Origin: Antedon mediterranea
Lineage: Eukaryota > Animalia > Echinodermata
Direction: 5' to 3'
NCBI RefSeq assembly: GCF_964355755.1
Contig: NC_092674.1
Span: 17,794,001-17,858,000 of the forward strand
DNA length: 64,000 bases
In this document: piece by piece, positions 37,767-51,734 of the stretch
How positions within the stretch are numbered: the first letter of the stretch is position 1
Layout of the letters: each line of letters starts with the position of its first letter
The notes under the pieces: generated by a model
Told to the model about the DNA's origin: nothing
Database searches by the model: none
Seen by the model: only the letters and a program-made list of their open reading frames with translations
Position numbers and translations under genes: made by a program

Positions 37767-40700
37767 TCAGTAACTTGTTGCATTATACAAACGTTTTATG
37801 AATCGTTTTGGCGATCCACTTATCGGTATCTGTTTATCATTAATGATCTCTTTAATTAATTTATCTGTATCGTTATATCTGTCAATATTCCACCAAAATT
37901 TGCGATCATTAGATTCTTGTTTTGTTTTATCAATGTTGCGTTTGACTGAAGTCAGTTTAGAATATGAAACTAAAACTTGGAAATGTCCTGCTTTAAATCT
38001 ACCTCGGTTTAATGTCATATTTGAATCATTAGGTGCTGTCATAATTAGATTAGTTTGTTCCTTAATTTGTTCTTCTTTCATTTGGAATGGGGCTGCTAAT
38101 CCTATGTTATTCTCTACACAGTCAATGTAAGGTTGCAAGTTAAGGGGTTCTACTTTAGTTGGATGTGTAAGGGTATCTGATTGCAATTGGGTGGGTGTCC
38201 TATCATGTTCGTCTACAAATTCGACATTGGTTTCGTCATTTACTACATTAATGGTGTTTTGGATTTTCTTATTATTATCATTAGTGGGTTCATTCAACAA
38301 TTGTTTAAGTTTTTGGAGATGTGTAAAATTTTTGCGTTCTTTGGGTGTTCTCATAAAACAAGGTTTCAGTCTGTTATAATTGAATATGTCGCGAAGTATT
38401 TCTCCTTTAATCGTCGCTAGGATGTAGTGTGTTCTGTCTAGTACTTCATAAATTACTAATGGTCCGACCCATTCTGCGGCGATTTTCTATGAATTTGCCG
38501 TTAGTGATGATGATGTTGGCTTGTATAAATATACGAGTTGTCCTACTGAGTAAATTGGATTTTTTCTAAGCGTTGGGAAATCTTTGAGTTTTGGACGTTT
38601 TGTTGTGTTCGCTGTAATTGTAGCATTGTCTGTGAAATGTTTTGAAATTTCTTCTTGAGGTGTTCAAATTCTTCATAGGAATGAGACAATCCTGAAATAG
38701 GGTTAAATGCTAATGAGGTCAAACTTGGAGGTTGGCGGCCAAAAACTAATTCGTAAGGGGAGTGGTTTCCTAGATGTGGGGATGAAAACGAGTTATAAGC
38801 ATAACATGTTGTTGATACAAATCTAACCCAATCTGTTCCGAATTGGTTAAGGTTGACCTTTAACAGGTCCGATACGGTGCGGATATGACGTTCAACTTGT
38901 AAACTACCGTGATTGTGGACGCTGATGATTTTCCTATCAATATTAAGGGTGTTACATAGTAGTGTTAATAATTTTCCTGTAAGGGAGGTTGCTGCATCTG
39001 AAATAAGACGAGATGGGGGTCCAAAAATACTGATTACCTTTTGAATTAGTGCTTCACAAATTGTTTCGGCATCAATGGATTTCAAAGGTACACAAATCAA
39101 AAACCTAGTTATTTCATCACATACTACCATAATATGTTTAAAACCTGAAGGTGATGTTGGCATACTCTTAAAATCTAGACTGAGTGTATGAAAGGGACGG
39201 TAAGTTGCTGGTACTCGATCGTGTAAAGGACGTAATTTATCGGTTTTGGGACGAAATTGTTGACATCTAAGACACGCTTGGGTATAATTGTTGACTTTCT
39301 CGAACATAAGGGGCGTGTAAAATAATTTCCTAATAGTAAGGTAAGTACGCATCGTACCTTGGTGGCTACTTAACAAATTGTCGTGATACTGAGAAATAAC
39401 AGTCTCTGCTAAGTTTTCAGGAACAGATACAAATTCTCCACCTTTATCTTGGAAAAATAAACGGAATAGTAAACCGTTGCACAATATGTACTGCTCTGAC
39501 TTATTCTGAACTGCACGAGCTGCTTTCTTATCAGCTGGAAGGATATCATGAGCTAAATAATCGTAAACTGGCTTAAAAAATGGTGAAGTTTTTTGTTCAA
39601 CACGTAGTTGTTTAACATCTACTGGGAGGTTATAATCCAAGTCTTGTTGTTTTGGGATGTGTGCTGATTTAAATTCAGTTATGTTGGGTACTAGTGGTTT
39701 GGGCGATGTATACAATTCAACTGGTACATTTCGATGTGTAGTATCTTTGCTTTGCTTATTTTTGTCTACTAGTCGTTCCTCTGGAGGTTGTCGAATGTTT
39801 ACATTACGTATTGGGGGTGGTGTTACGATGGGTGGCATTATGATAGGCGGTGATCGATGTGCGTTTGTTTGTTGTCTCGTGATTATCTGTGGTGTAGCGG
39901 TAAGTTGAGGTGTAGGTCGCGTGTTTGTTGTCACTGGATTTTGATTAATGACGTGCGTTTGTTTGGGTTTGGGTTTATGTAGGTCAGGTATATTTATTCC
40001 AATTTTCTTGGCGTATGACCTTGTTACTGGTCTGCTAGTAGATGTGTTTGTAATCGGGTTAAGAGATTCAGTCTCTGTAATATTAAATGCAATGGGTACA
40101 ACTTGATCAATTTCGGAATCGTCGTCACGAGGGGCTCGGGAGAGGAAATCTGCTAAAACTAATTCAGTTCCTTTCTTATAACCAATTTGGAAAATGTATC
40201 CGGACAATCGTAATATTACTGTAGTTTCTGTAAACGGGGTGTACATGGCTGATCTTTTGAATTCCAAATTTGTACAATTGCTGAGTGGTCTACGAATGCA
40301 TCAAATTCGCAACCCTTTAGTAAGTGTCGAAATGCTGAAACATTGATGTAAAGTCCAAATAACTCTAATTCTGTGACGCTATATCGTTGACAGGCTTGTG
40401 GTAAGATTTTGGAATAATAACCTATTATGTGTTCTTTACCGTTTACTGTTTGTGGTAAATATGAACCTGTTGCGGTTCATGAAGTGTCGCTATATAGCGT
40501 AAATCTACCTTCTTTTCTAGGCATTTGAAGAGTAGGTGGTTTAACCATTAATTGTTTAATTTCGTCAAATGCTTTCTGGTGTTCAGTAGACCAAACAAAC
40601 TTTCGACGTTTACTTGCGAGTGTATGTAACGGGCGTAAAATTGATTGTATTTGAGGGAAAAAATGGGATACATAATTTACTGCACCAATAAATCGTTTAG

Positions 40701-42434
40701 TTTCTTTATGGGTTCGTGGGACTGGCAAATTTCGGATAGCTGCACACCTGTCGCCTAATGGTGTTATACATGCGTGTCCTGAAGAATTAATCAGGATGGT
40801 GTGTCCCATATATTGCACTTTATTCTTGAATATCTTACATTTCTTTGGACAAATTCTAAAACCATTTAATTGTAGGGCTTGTAAAACGGAAACAAGGTGC
40901 TGCTTATGAGCAAATTTGTCTTGGCTAAATAAAATAATATCATCGTGATGGGCGATACAGAATTCTCTAGAATTTGGGATTTCATTTAAAATTTCGTCAA
41001 TCTTTGCTTGAAATATACCTGGCGAAACGTTTAATCCTTGTGCTAATCTCTTATAATAATAATGTTTTCCACCATGATATGAAGCTATACCTGTGTATTG
41101 TTGGGCATGTTCGGCTAATGGTACACAGTGGAACGCTGATTTTAAATCAATTACGCTAAGAATCTGTGCATTAGCGTTACCTATTGTTTTCAAAGTTTCG
41201 GCCAATAAGGGGAATGGGTGATTAATACGTTTTATCCTGGAATTTAGATAGCGAAAGTCTGTGACAACTCTTTTATCTTTCGAATTTTTCTTTGAAACAA
41301 GAAGGACGGGGGAAGTATACGATTGGTATCCTACTGCTAAGATTCCTAGTTTGACTAATTTGTTCAATTCGGCCTCAATAACATGTTTGTCTTTGTCTGT
41401 CGCGAAGTATGGTCGAATAAAAAATGGTTCATCGTTAGAGAGGTGTATGTCAGCTTTGAAGTTTGGGCAGCTAGATAGTTCACCATATAGTGAAAATGCG
41501 TTTCTGTTTTGTTGTAATGTTTTATACAAATCTTCTTTTTCTCTATGTGTTAAAACGCTGTCTGTTAAATCAACTTGTTTTCTAATTATTTCTTCCTCGG
41601 TTAAAGTTAGCAATGGGTCTGTACGTTCTAAATGTGGGTACTTGTTTGCGTTGTCATTGGTCAACTTTATTCTATCAATTGGTAGGTCGTTAGTAACTGT
41701 TACAAGGTTGGTTAAGTGAAGGCTCGCGATAGGTTGATGTGTATTTAGAGATACGTTTCTGTTTGTGTTGTTAGTGATATCAATGTTGGTTTCTCCTCTG
41801 TGTAATTTTACTAACATATCTGATGGACAAAGTTTTGAAATATGGGTGGTTGCATGTAGAACAACATCAGAATTGCGTACAAAGGCGAAAAGCCTTCCTT
41901 TTAATTTAACTGTTTTGGTATCACCGGGTTTAAGAAAAATCTTGTGGACAGGACGAAAGCTAAAAATCTTTGGTCTAATGCGAAAGGTGTTTTCCTTAAA
42001 ATTTAAAGTACCGTCGAGTTCAGACAATGTTTCGGTTCCAAGTATCAGGTCAATACCTGTCAAATTTTTAACGATTAACGCTGAAATTTTAAATTTGTGT
42101 CCTTGGATAAATAATTCGTATTGCACTAAGTGGTTGGAATATAAGAAGTCACCGTTACCTATCTAAATTTAGTTGTGTTCACTTTAATTGGCTTTTGACG
42201 CGATAAATAAAGTGAGGAATTAACGTACGATTGTGAGATTATAGTTCTAGTTGAACCACTGTCAAATAAAGTTAAAACATTTCTACCATCTGGTAAATTT
42301 CCTTTAACGTAATTTCTGTCGTTAAGTAACAAATCGATCTTATCTGAATTCCCTAAGTATTTTGCCTTAAAATTGTCGTATTTTGTATGGGGGGCCAGAT
42401 TATAGGCGGCATCTAGTTCCCTTTTTAAAAATCC
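37767..42434 (-). pseudogene. pol: Gypsy pol (protease, RT, RNase H, integrase), several frameshifts
   Basis: LFDSGS protease; YTSPVLLV..RVVTDFRYLN, IDLKSAF, HHDD; RYSVTELE RNase H; H..H..C..C zinc finger, SLDF..LISD..VERH integrase; WVGP tail. Confidence 0.93.
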
Positions 42435-43385
42435 TCCTGGTGGCTAGGGTAATAATTGTTTGAATGTTGGTATGGGTATGGCGGGGGATAATTTCCGTAA
42501 GAACGGTTTTGTTGTCGGCAGTGCCTTGCTATGTGGCCTGGTTTCCCGCAGTAATAACAGGTTGGGGGAGGTTGTCTATATCTTGGGGTCGGTGTGGTCT
42601 GGAATCGGGGTTTGTAGGGGCTTGGGCTTCGGTTTTGTCTTGGGATATAATTTCGGGTGGGGGAACATGAGCGTCGAGTATCATCATTAAGGGATCGTTT
42701 TGTTGTGGCTATATCTATACTTAAGAGAATTTATCTCATGTTGGAGCGATTCGAGACTATTATCTGTTTCCTTATTGACCTTGAATGAAACTTCCCGTGT
42801 GGCATCATCTACGGAAAGGTCAAGGTAATTTTGTGTGCTATTTACGATATTGTCAATAGTGGCATCGATTGGGGTGGACATGGCTACAGCTGCTCTACAT
42901 TTTGGTGGAAGGGTCGAAATAAATTTATTCTTTATCTGCTGGTCAGCGTATCCAATTCTGTCTGCGGCTTGTTTGATTTTGGTTAAGTGTTTTTCGGCGT
43001 TGTCGCCAGTGGTGTAAGTAATTGAATCGTATTCTCTTATGTGCGCATAGATTGATTTGTTTTTACTAAACCTGTTGATGAATTGGGTTTTTAAGGATTC
43101 CAGTGAATCGAACTGCTTTCCCTCAATCCAGAGTCTAGCTTGGCTCTGAAGGCTACGTTTGAAAATACTTATTACATTAATTAATTGGGCATTGTTTACA
43201 GGGTTTTCTAAAGTGTGGGCCTCAAGGTAGTCGGTAAACGATAAGTAGTGTGCACTACATTGGTCGTGATCGGTTATGGAACCGTCATATCTTTTGGGAA
43301 GGAAATCGGTTTGTCTTAGGTGGGGCACGGGGTGAGGATTGACGGGCTCATTTAAAATTACTTCGTTATCAACAACGTCGACCAT
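42425..43385 (-). CDS. gag: Gypsy gag (interrupted near 42687)
   Basis: FLPKRYDG, FKRSLQSQARLWI, LKTQFINRF capsid-like motifs; ends GAG GAT TTT TAA. Confidence 0.8.
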
Positions 43386-43961
43386 ACTTTATAATATTAA
43401 TTATCAAAATATCAAAAACAATTTAGTGTATATATATGTAAATTCTCACTTTTCAATCAAGGTTACAAATCAAAAATCAAAATGGTTTTGACTTACCCCA
43501 AATGCTTCGGATCCAATTAAAAATGAATTAAAGGAATGTTAAAAGTGCTCATCAATGTTCAAATTTTCAAACAATGAATTAAAAAAAATGCGAAAGGGTT
43601 TCATCAATGTTCAAAATGTTAAAAAAAACGATCGAAAAAAACGGCGTGAAGTTGAAAGTGTCCAAACAAAACAGTTCTTGTCCGCTTGCTTCTGTTTTCC
43701 GTTTTGATTCTTCTTGTGTCTTCCTCGATTATCTTCTTTGTCTTCATCCAATGGTTATAATTTGATAAAATTTCTGCTTGTCTCGATCTCATTCAAATAT
43801 AATTTCAGCTTGTCTTTTGTGTAAAAGTAAATTTCTGGTTTTCTCCTTTCAAACAAATATGGTTATTTTTGTCTTCGTCTTCGTGTCTTGTTAGGTGTTT
43901 CTTGTTTTCTTGTTATTCTGTTTTCTCACTCTGTTCCTTATAAAATTTGGGTCTTCCACCA

Positions 43962-44565
43962 TGTAATATAGTGTTGTGTTGAGGTACTAATGAAGACTCT
44001 TACTCGCTTAACTGTCGTAACACATATTGTTTATTCAGTATAATACTTCAGTACAATATAACTATAAGTATAGATAAGGAACGGAGGATTAGTGATGATG
44101 TCGGTGAGGTGTGAAGTGTGTAGGTCTGCTTCTGAAGAAGTGGCTGTAAGGTGTGTGTTCCGTGAAGTGGCTGTAAGGTGTGTCTGGGCCCTTCTGAAAC
44201 TTGGGGGTATATTGGCTTCGGTTCATTTGCATATGTCACTACGTAATCTGTGAGGGTAACGATTGGTCCTAAGTTGATCCAGGGGTGTTTAAGTGGGAGT
44301 GATTGATCTTATCTGGGGAGGTTACAATGATGAATTGGCCCTGTCGAATCTCTGCTAAAAACTGTCAATATCTAATTGTTTTATGATGGGAACAGTCACA
44401 AAGTTAAGCTAAGTGTTTTCTTTAGGGATTCTATTATAAACTAAATGGTCATTAAAACATCTGTACAAACTCTCCTCTGGACTTTCTGGGTCAAGTTTGT
44501 GAACTTATTTGAATTCTGATACAAAGGTTGATTTCTTAATTATAAAAGTATATCGTTATATTACA
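43962..44565 (-). repeat. 5' LTR
   Basis: Direct repeat of 34945-35543 with few differences; PBS TGGTGGAAGACCC immediately inside (43949-43961). Confidence 0.95.
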
Positions 44566-44619
44566 CAAATTATGTTTTAAAATTACAAATCACCAATTAT
44601 AACTCTTGCCTCTTGTACA

Positions 44620-44960
44620 AAAATGAAGTTTTTTGGACATGAAGTTCTCGAGAAAATGCAATTTCAGTTTACTTGTTACTTTAAGACTGCTCGCCGGCTT
44701 TTGAAAAATTCTGTCCTATCTTTTAACACTAGCAGGTCTGAAAACTATACTAAAAAGTGGTCCAGAATTCTGACCATGGTACCAAATGGTCTGAATGGAA
44801 TTTAATTTAATGGTCCTTGACCACATATCTATCTGTATATTCATTTTGGTAAAGATCTTGTAATTACTTTTTGAGTAATTCCTGCTAACAAACAAACAGA
44901 GAAGACAAACAAACAAACACACGCGATCGATTACACCTCGTTGGCGGAGGTAAACAAACA
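44620..44960 (-). mobile_element. HINE-like fragment (ACCTCCGCC family)
   Basis: TTACCTCCGCCAACGAGGTG head followed by (GTTT)n on the - strand. Confidence 0.5.
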
Positions 44961-45619
44961 GCAACACATAGGAATATGGGTATGTGATGCCTTGATATAC
45001 ACCCTTTTTAATTCAAAAATGTTTTAGCATGAGTGGAATATTGCATCAATAATACTCTTGTTTATAAATAGGTTCTGTTTATGGCATTTTTTTGGTTAGT
45101 GATTTACTGTAATTCTTCAGGTATAAAAATTAATCTAACCCTCTTGTACATAAAATTGTTCCTGCCGAATTTTGGAGGTGGGATTACACTGTACCCACCC
45201 TGTGCATGAACCTAAAATGAAGATTTTTCTGAACAATTTCTCTACAATCTAGTAGCTTATTCAAAGCTCTGTCTACACCACCAAACGTTATGTGTAAAAA
45301 AAAAAAGTGATGTGCCCAAATATGGACATGATGATGTCATATCACTACCATATTTGACCATATAACTACCATACATGGACACATCAAATTTTTTGTCACA
45401 TAAAGTTTGATAGAGTATAAAAGGCTTAAAGCTTTACCCGAGCATACAAATTGATAGGATTATCAATGAAGTATTTGTACACAAATTTATAATCATATTT
45501 TTTCATTAAAATTTAATGTTAAAATACAAATACCTTATAAAAACAACAACAACAAAAATATTATGCAAATACAACTTAACAGTGTGAGACAAATAACTGA
45601 TATGCAAATTTATTCATTA

Positions 45620-45822
45620 GGCGATGTTGTCCGGGTGGGAGTTGTTCTAAGGGGGTAGTTGTCCTAGAGGGTAGTTGTCCTAGAGGGTAGTTGTCCTAGT
45701 GGGTAATTGTCCGGGTGGTAGTTGTCCTAGAGGGGTCATTGTCCGGGTGGTAGTTGTCCTAGAGGGGTCATTGTCCGAGTGGTAGTTGTCCGGGTGGTAA
45801 TTGTCTAGTAGGAGTAGTTGTA
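45620..45822. repeat. 17-18-bp tandem repeat GGTAGTTGTCC(TAGAG/GGGT)
   Basis: About ten degenerate units visible. Confidence 0.85.
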
Positions 45823-45999
45823 TACGCCTCCTTCATCGGGATCAAGCCTTCTTTCAATGTTACTTTGTCATATTATGTATCACCTTTTATTTTGTTACCA
45901 TGACATTGAAAGAAAATAAATGTTTAAATGCTAAATTAGTCTTAATAAAATGCCAGTATATTTGGAAATAATATTGGATATATATTCTGTGTGATTAAA

Positions 46000-46400
46000 C
46001 CATGTCAGTGTTTCATCTATAATTATGCCTAAAAATTTAGTATGGGAGACCTGTGAAATAGTAGTATTGTCAATCATAATTTGAATATTGTGATTTTGTT
46101 TGTTTTAAGTGTATTGAGTGATAATTTATTAGATTTGAGCCAGGAGGAAACTTTATTTAGTTCTTGATTTACTGTCATGATGAGTTTGATATTTTTATCG
46201 GAAACTACTATGTTGGTGTCATCGGCATATAAATAAAATTAGAAATTATCGGAAATAAAAACAATATCGTTTAAATAAATTATAAATAATAATGGACCCT
46301 TGTGGAACCCCGCAACAAATTATACTAGTTATTGATTTATGATTGTTGTACACGGTGAATTGGGATCTGTTTGTTTAAATAACTCTTGAACCACTTCACT
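46000..46400 (-). mobile_element. Old LINE RT fragment
   Basis: GVPQGS and LYADDTN motifs on the - strand. Confidence 0.65.
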
Positions 46401-46835
46401 TTTTATCTTCTTGCGAAGAGTCAGTTACTCAATGAGAAATCTATTCATCTTACAGTATAGTGGCATATTGCTTTAGGCCTGTTGAATGACTAAAATAAAC
46501 ATGACTAATTATAAACTTACAAGAACACTTTAAAAGTATTAAAAATAGAACAAGCAATTCTACATGTCATCTATTCTGACAAACTATGAGCATGGCTTTC
46601 CTTGCCCAACACTACTGAAGCACACCTATGGGAGGACCAGAAGGCCAAAACACATACGAATCTTACTCAGGTTCTAGACTAATAATAAAAATATGATAAA
46701 ATTAGTAAAATGCAGACAGTACGACACCAAAATGATAAAATATAAATGTAATAATGAATAAAATAATATAAATTAATCAATTGTGCATGTTAGCCATCTT
46801 AACCAACATACTGTTTCTATATTTTTGTCATATAG

Positions 46836-46964
46836 ATCATGATGTTACAAAAGTAGCAAGAAGAATGCGTTTTTCTTCCTATCCAATGATTAGTTTTGAA
46901 GATGCTTTAGCAGTAGTTACAGATAATGCTTACAAAATGGAAACAGAAGTTACTAATTTGCAAG
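46836..46964 (+). CDS. GPHN: Gephyrin exon (linker to start of E/MoeA domain)
   Basis: atag|AT...CAAG|gtat; DHDVTKVARRMRFSSYPMISFEDALAVVTDNAYKMETEVTNLQ (cf. [28 protein letters not shown]). Confidence 0.93.
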
Positions 46965-47879
46965 GTATCATTTTTAACTTTTATTCAAATTTAAGTTTAA
47001 AGATGGTCCTCGGAATGTTTAATAATGACTCTGGTAAACTTGAGCCTCACAGTTTGTAGAAGGGTGTTCTGATCCACGTTTTTGCCAATTTTTGGATATC
47101 ATATGTACTTTATAATTGTATAATTTGCAATGATGTAGTACATGGACAGTGTTTCTATATTGACTATGATTTTTTTTTTAGGAGATCAAAACATAAAAAA
47201 AAATAATAAGTTACTTAATAAACTTCTAGAAAAGCCAAATACAGCAGCTGTGTTTAAGCCTCTTTCCAGTTGACGTTATTCAATGCTATCATCGTTGATC
47301 GTTAAAAGTTCAACGACAAACGTTTAAAGAAGATCAATTGAAATACAGTAATAACAATCGCGCAACAATTTCATTTATATAAGTGTTGAACGTTACAGTT
47401 GAAACTCCTGTCTCTAAACAGAGACCATGGGTTAGAATGTAAATGATACATGGACTTCTATGTTTAACGCCATTCATATAACGAACACCTTGGTATTTTA
47501 ATCTGTGGATTACGTTACCATTTGCATAAGCCGATCCAGTCTTACACCGTACGAGTTAAGCTGTTTAACCCGATTATAGCTATTAAAAACAATTATTGTA
47601 GAAGGAGATTGGTATATTCATATTATTGTATTTATGTTTTGATTTTGGAATGCTATTTCATTCCCTTTACTCAAATTATATTATTTATATATTGTTTATA
47701 TATTGATTATGTTTGTTTTATAATTAGCATATAGTTTACAGTGCATTGTAGTCCACACACAATACAAAGACGATAGAATGTTATGTAGTTGAATATAATT
47801 GTGCCCATGAATGTATGAACCCACTTTCTAAACCATTGAGAAAAAGGTTATGCGTGATTTACTGAAATTTGTACTTGAT

Positions 47880-49480
47880 ACGAATTCGAATAAAACTTCA
47901 CGTCCTATAAAAACCTATGTCTTCAAAATGTATACCGGTACATACAAACGCTCTTGCAATTGCCCAGATGGCTCTCGGATACAGGAACTTTGATATAAAT
48001 AAATGGAAATTGTAAAAATGTACACCGAGCGAATGAATACAAAAACGATGTAATTCCGTAGCCAAATATTTTATTTTTAAGACCAACAGCAACAAAAGCT
48101 GCGAAAGCTAACCTTTCATGCTCAGGTACATAAAGCAAATACATAAAGCAATAACCCTTCATCTTGGATCCACATCCCAACGAACAATCAATCAATTTAT
48201 TTCTAGGATCATAAGCTTTTGAGAAGTCCACGAAAATATTAAATAACTTAAGTACTTTATGAATTGCATAGTTTTTAAGCAGACGTAAATTTACAATATG
48301 TTCCAATCATCCTCTACGTGGTTGAGCGCCTGCTTGTGCTCTATCAGGAGTAATCCACAGCATTAACTGATTGAGAATGGCGTCACAAACTTTTGCAATT
48401 ATGTCCATATTTGTAATACCACACCAATTTGAGCATACCATTCTATTCCCAGATTTTAAAATAGTTATCAAATGAGCATAACACCATTGAGTTGGGAACT
48501 GAGCAAGTAGAAATATCGTATTAAATAGATTACATAAGAAGACGATCCAGACTGGTGATAGCTGTTTTAGCATTCCTGCTGGTAATCCTGAGGGCGGCAT
48601 GAAGCCTTTGACTTTGTAATGGCTTCTTCAACTTCACGTATCTAGATTGGGTCATCTAGTATTGGAATGTATGTACCTCTGCAATTTCTTATAACATTGG
48701 TATCGACCGTATGCACATTTAGTAATTTTGTGAAATGATCGCAAAAATCCTTATCTGTCTGTCGTTCAATATTAACAATTTCGTTCACTGAACCATTCCA
48801 ATTGATTGCATCCCAAATCTGTTTCCTATCATTACTTTGAATCAAAATATTCCAGCAGTTATCGTCTGGCAATTGGTTTTCTGCATTAACGTGTTCGTTT
48901 TTTGGATTTGCTTGTGCACAATGTAATCGTTTCGTTGAGCACATTAACTGCAGCCTCAATCGAAACTTCTAATGTGTTATTACGGATCAAAGTTGCATTA
49001 AATGCAACCATGTCGATAGAATACATTCTAATCTGTTGGTTGTTTAGTTTTTTTAGCAGACTTGTCCATTAGGGTCGCATGTTTTCCAAACTCAGAAGAC
49101 CTTTGCAATAATGCATTCATACGGCCAGTAACAGACAGCTCACTCTTATAAAGTTTTAGAGTGATATGTGCGTGATTAGATGGTAGCACTGTATTCTGAC
49201 AGGCAGAGAAGTGTCGAACAGCAGGAATAATGTCAGGTGATACATAACAGCAGTCCAAGTCGGAAATCCAATGTTTTCCCCTCTGAAATGTAAGTGGGAT
49301 TTGGAATGTATTATTTCTCAATTTTAAATTGTTCAAGAGTATCATGCTGTCTAGCGCAGACATTATTTGTCGAGCATTACTATTGGGTGTGATACACTTT
49401 ATATCCATCGATTCCTCCTTGTATTTCCAAACTTAGTGTTCATATCCCCCATTATTATTAGCCTCTTATTAGCTAAATTT
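47880..49480 (-). mobile_element. Degenerate non-LTR retrotransposon (endonuclease-RT fragment)
   Basis: SDLDCCYV..PSNHAHI (APE end), LFNTIF..FP.QW, AQAGAQPRRG..EHIVNLRLL..FVDFSKAYD. Confidence 0.8.
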
Positions 49481-51169
49481 AGAGTGTTCAGGTGAGCGAA
49501 TGCCTCTGAATCGTGGTAAGGTGGTTAAAATCAGTGCCGAACGAATTTATATACCATCGACCAAAAATTCTAGAAGTAACGCACGATTTACAAATTTTTG
49601 CCCTTACGTAAATTCATATATTTAATACATTGTTGTGATTGGTCAATTTTGAACTTTGACCCCTTATATCTCGAAAAATCTTCCTATCCTGATCGATTAC
49701 CTGGTCTCGAAAAGTTTCGCCGTCGGCCTCCGGACTATTAATACAATCAACAGTTTAATTTCTATAGAAACATAGGCATAATTAAAAAACTCAAACATCT
49801 ATTCCTTCAACAAATCTTACTCGCATTACAATACTAGTTTTACTTAATCTGTCATATATCAATTTATGTTTGGCCGTTACTTTAGATAAGTTAAACACAT
49901 TGTGCCCATGGCTTAGACCATGAGGCTATGCATTGTATTTGTGCAGGGCAAACTTATAGATCAGTATATTCCGAATTACTTTTTGAAAAGTTTAATGTTC
50001 TAAACATTTATGGTTTAAATAAGCTTCAGATATCTATGCTTACATTCCGCTTTCAGGGGTTTTTTTCTACAGAAGTGATACCTTGGTTAACTACAAAATG
50101 ACTTTAATATTAATTATTTATTATAATTTAATTTATTAATCTTCATTTTTCATGTTTTTGGGGGAAAAATACACTTCTTTAACATGAAAATCAATTAACA
50201 TCTCTTGTTTTTCTAATATTTAAATCTAAGTAATTTGTTAAGCGCCAGGTATTAAAAAGATCATAAGGTTCTGTATTGTTTATTGTGCAACATATAGTAG
50301 AGTGTTAGTGTCTTCTGGAGGGTCTCTTCATCCTTGGATATGCATTTTCATTCTCTGCTTTATATATTTACAAATTAGATTATAGATTTAAAGTTTCCCA
50401 AAGAGAATCAAGGCTTGTTGTTACGTTGTTTACTGTAAATAACAGAATCTGGCAATTAGTAAGTGGTATAATATATTAAAACCCTAGACTAATATTATTA
50501 ATGATCGAGGTCAGATAACCTATCAACATTTAGTAGTTATAGTTATTAACTATATCTACTACAGCAACGGGTGGAATAGTATGTAAAGGCCTTAGGCATG
50601 TATGCTGGTTTTGGCAAGTGCTGTACCTTTTATGAGAATTCATATTTTATATAGTAACTAATTTGTTGAAAACGACACTCACTGTCATCTTCATTGCTGC
50701 AAGGTGTACCATGCGGTTAACTTGCTGGACTAAAACGCCAACCCAATTGGTTGCCGAGAGCAAATAATTATTTCTCATGTATTGTTTATTCAATTAGGAT
50801 TAATCGACAGTTTCTTGATTTAACTGTTAAGTGTTATGGTTAGTTTTATAGATGGTGATATTATTGTTTATTTTTCTTGTTTATTTTTCTTGTTTAGTAA
50901 TTTAAAGGTTGATAGTGACTCATAGGTTGATATCCAGTTTGTGAAATTCTGAGTGGCTGCATGGCTGGGGTATTAAAGTCATAAATATTAAATATAAGGC
51001 TTAATAGTTAACACCTATAAAATGTATTTGATCCAGATGTCAAAAAACTTCAGATATTTTGTATGGTACTTGTAATTCTATGCTTTGTGATGGAATTAAA
51101 GTAGAAGTGTCTGCCTACAATAGCTATGTCAAGGTGTTGTTGTAAACTAGAATTAACAACTCTTTGTTG

Positions 51170-51550
51170 ATGGTTTATAATTACCTGATCACATTGGTTG
51201 CAATTATTGCAGGAGTGTTACTTACTCAACCGAACGATGTAAACATGTTACGCACTCTGTTGGCCGCTTAACTATCATCAACAGTGTACTTTTCTCTACT
51301 CATCGATTAACTCCCTAAACACACCTCAATTTACAAATTTATTCCAACCAAACGCATCTTTTCACAATTATAGAACTCGAACTGTACAGGATATGCATAT
51401 CCCTCTTCATAAAAAAACTTCATTTCAATATAACATAAGATTTAGTGGACCTAAACTATGGAATAAACTACCTTCAAATATTAAAGTTGCTGTATCTAAG
51501 AAAAGCTTTTCATTTAAACTTAAAAGATATATCACATCCAAGTATTAATT
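51170..51550 (+). mobile_element. LINE 3' end fragment
   Basis: IRFSGPKLWNKLPSNIK..SFSFKLKRY C-terminal motif. Confidence 0.55.
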
Positions 51551-51734
51551 TTTATTATATTACATTTTATGATAATAATTTTAATGATGAGTAACAAGAA
51601 GACGACGAACCAATTCTTTATTTATACCAAAATTGTTTTTGTTTTTTTGTTTGTTATTTTACTTATTTAGTTTAACCCCTGTTATGTAAATTGTTTATAT
51701 TGTTATTTATTTATTTGTTTAATTTATTTATTTA

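Larger units (their letters stand above)
34945..44565 (-). mobile_element. Full-length Ty3/Gypsy LTR retrotransposon with extra ORF
   Basis: Two near-identical ~600-bp LTRs (TGTAATATA..TATATTACA), 4-bp TSD CAAA, PBS, PPT, gag-PR-RT-RH-IN order. Confidence 0.97.

Noticed and set aside
37798-43017. Plus-strand ORFs antisense to gag/pol
   Set aside because: Shadow frames of the coding strand with no recognisable motifs.
46548-46670. Possible extra gephyrin linker exon
   Set aside because: Weak acceptor, no gephyrin similarity, and the open frame's exit phase is incompatible with the next exon.
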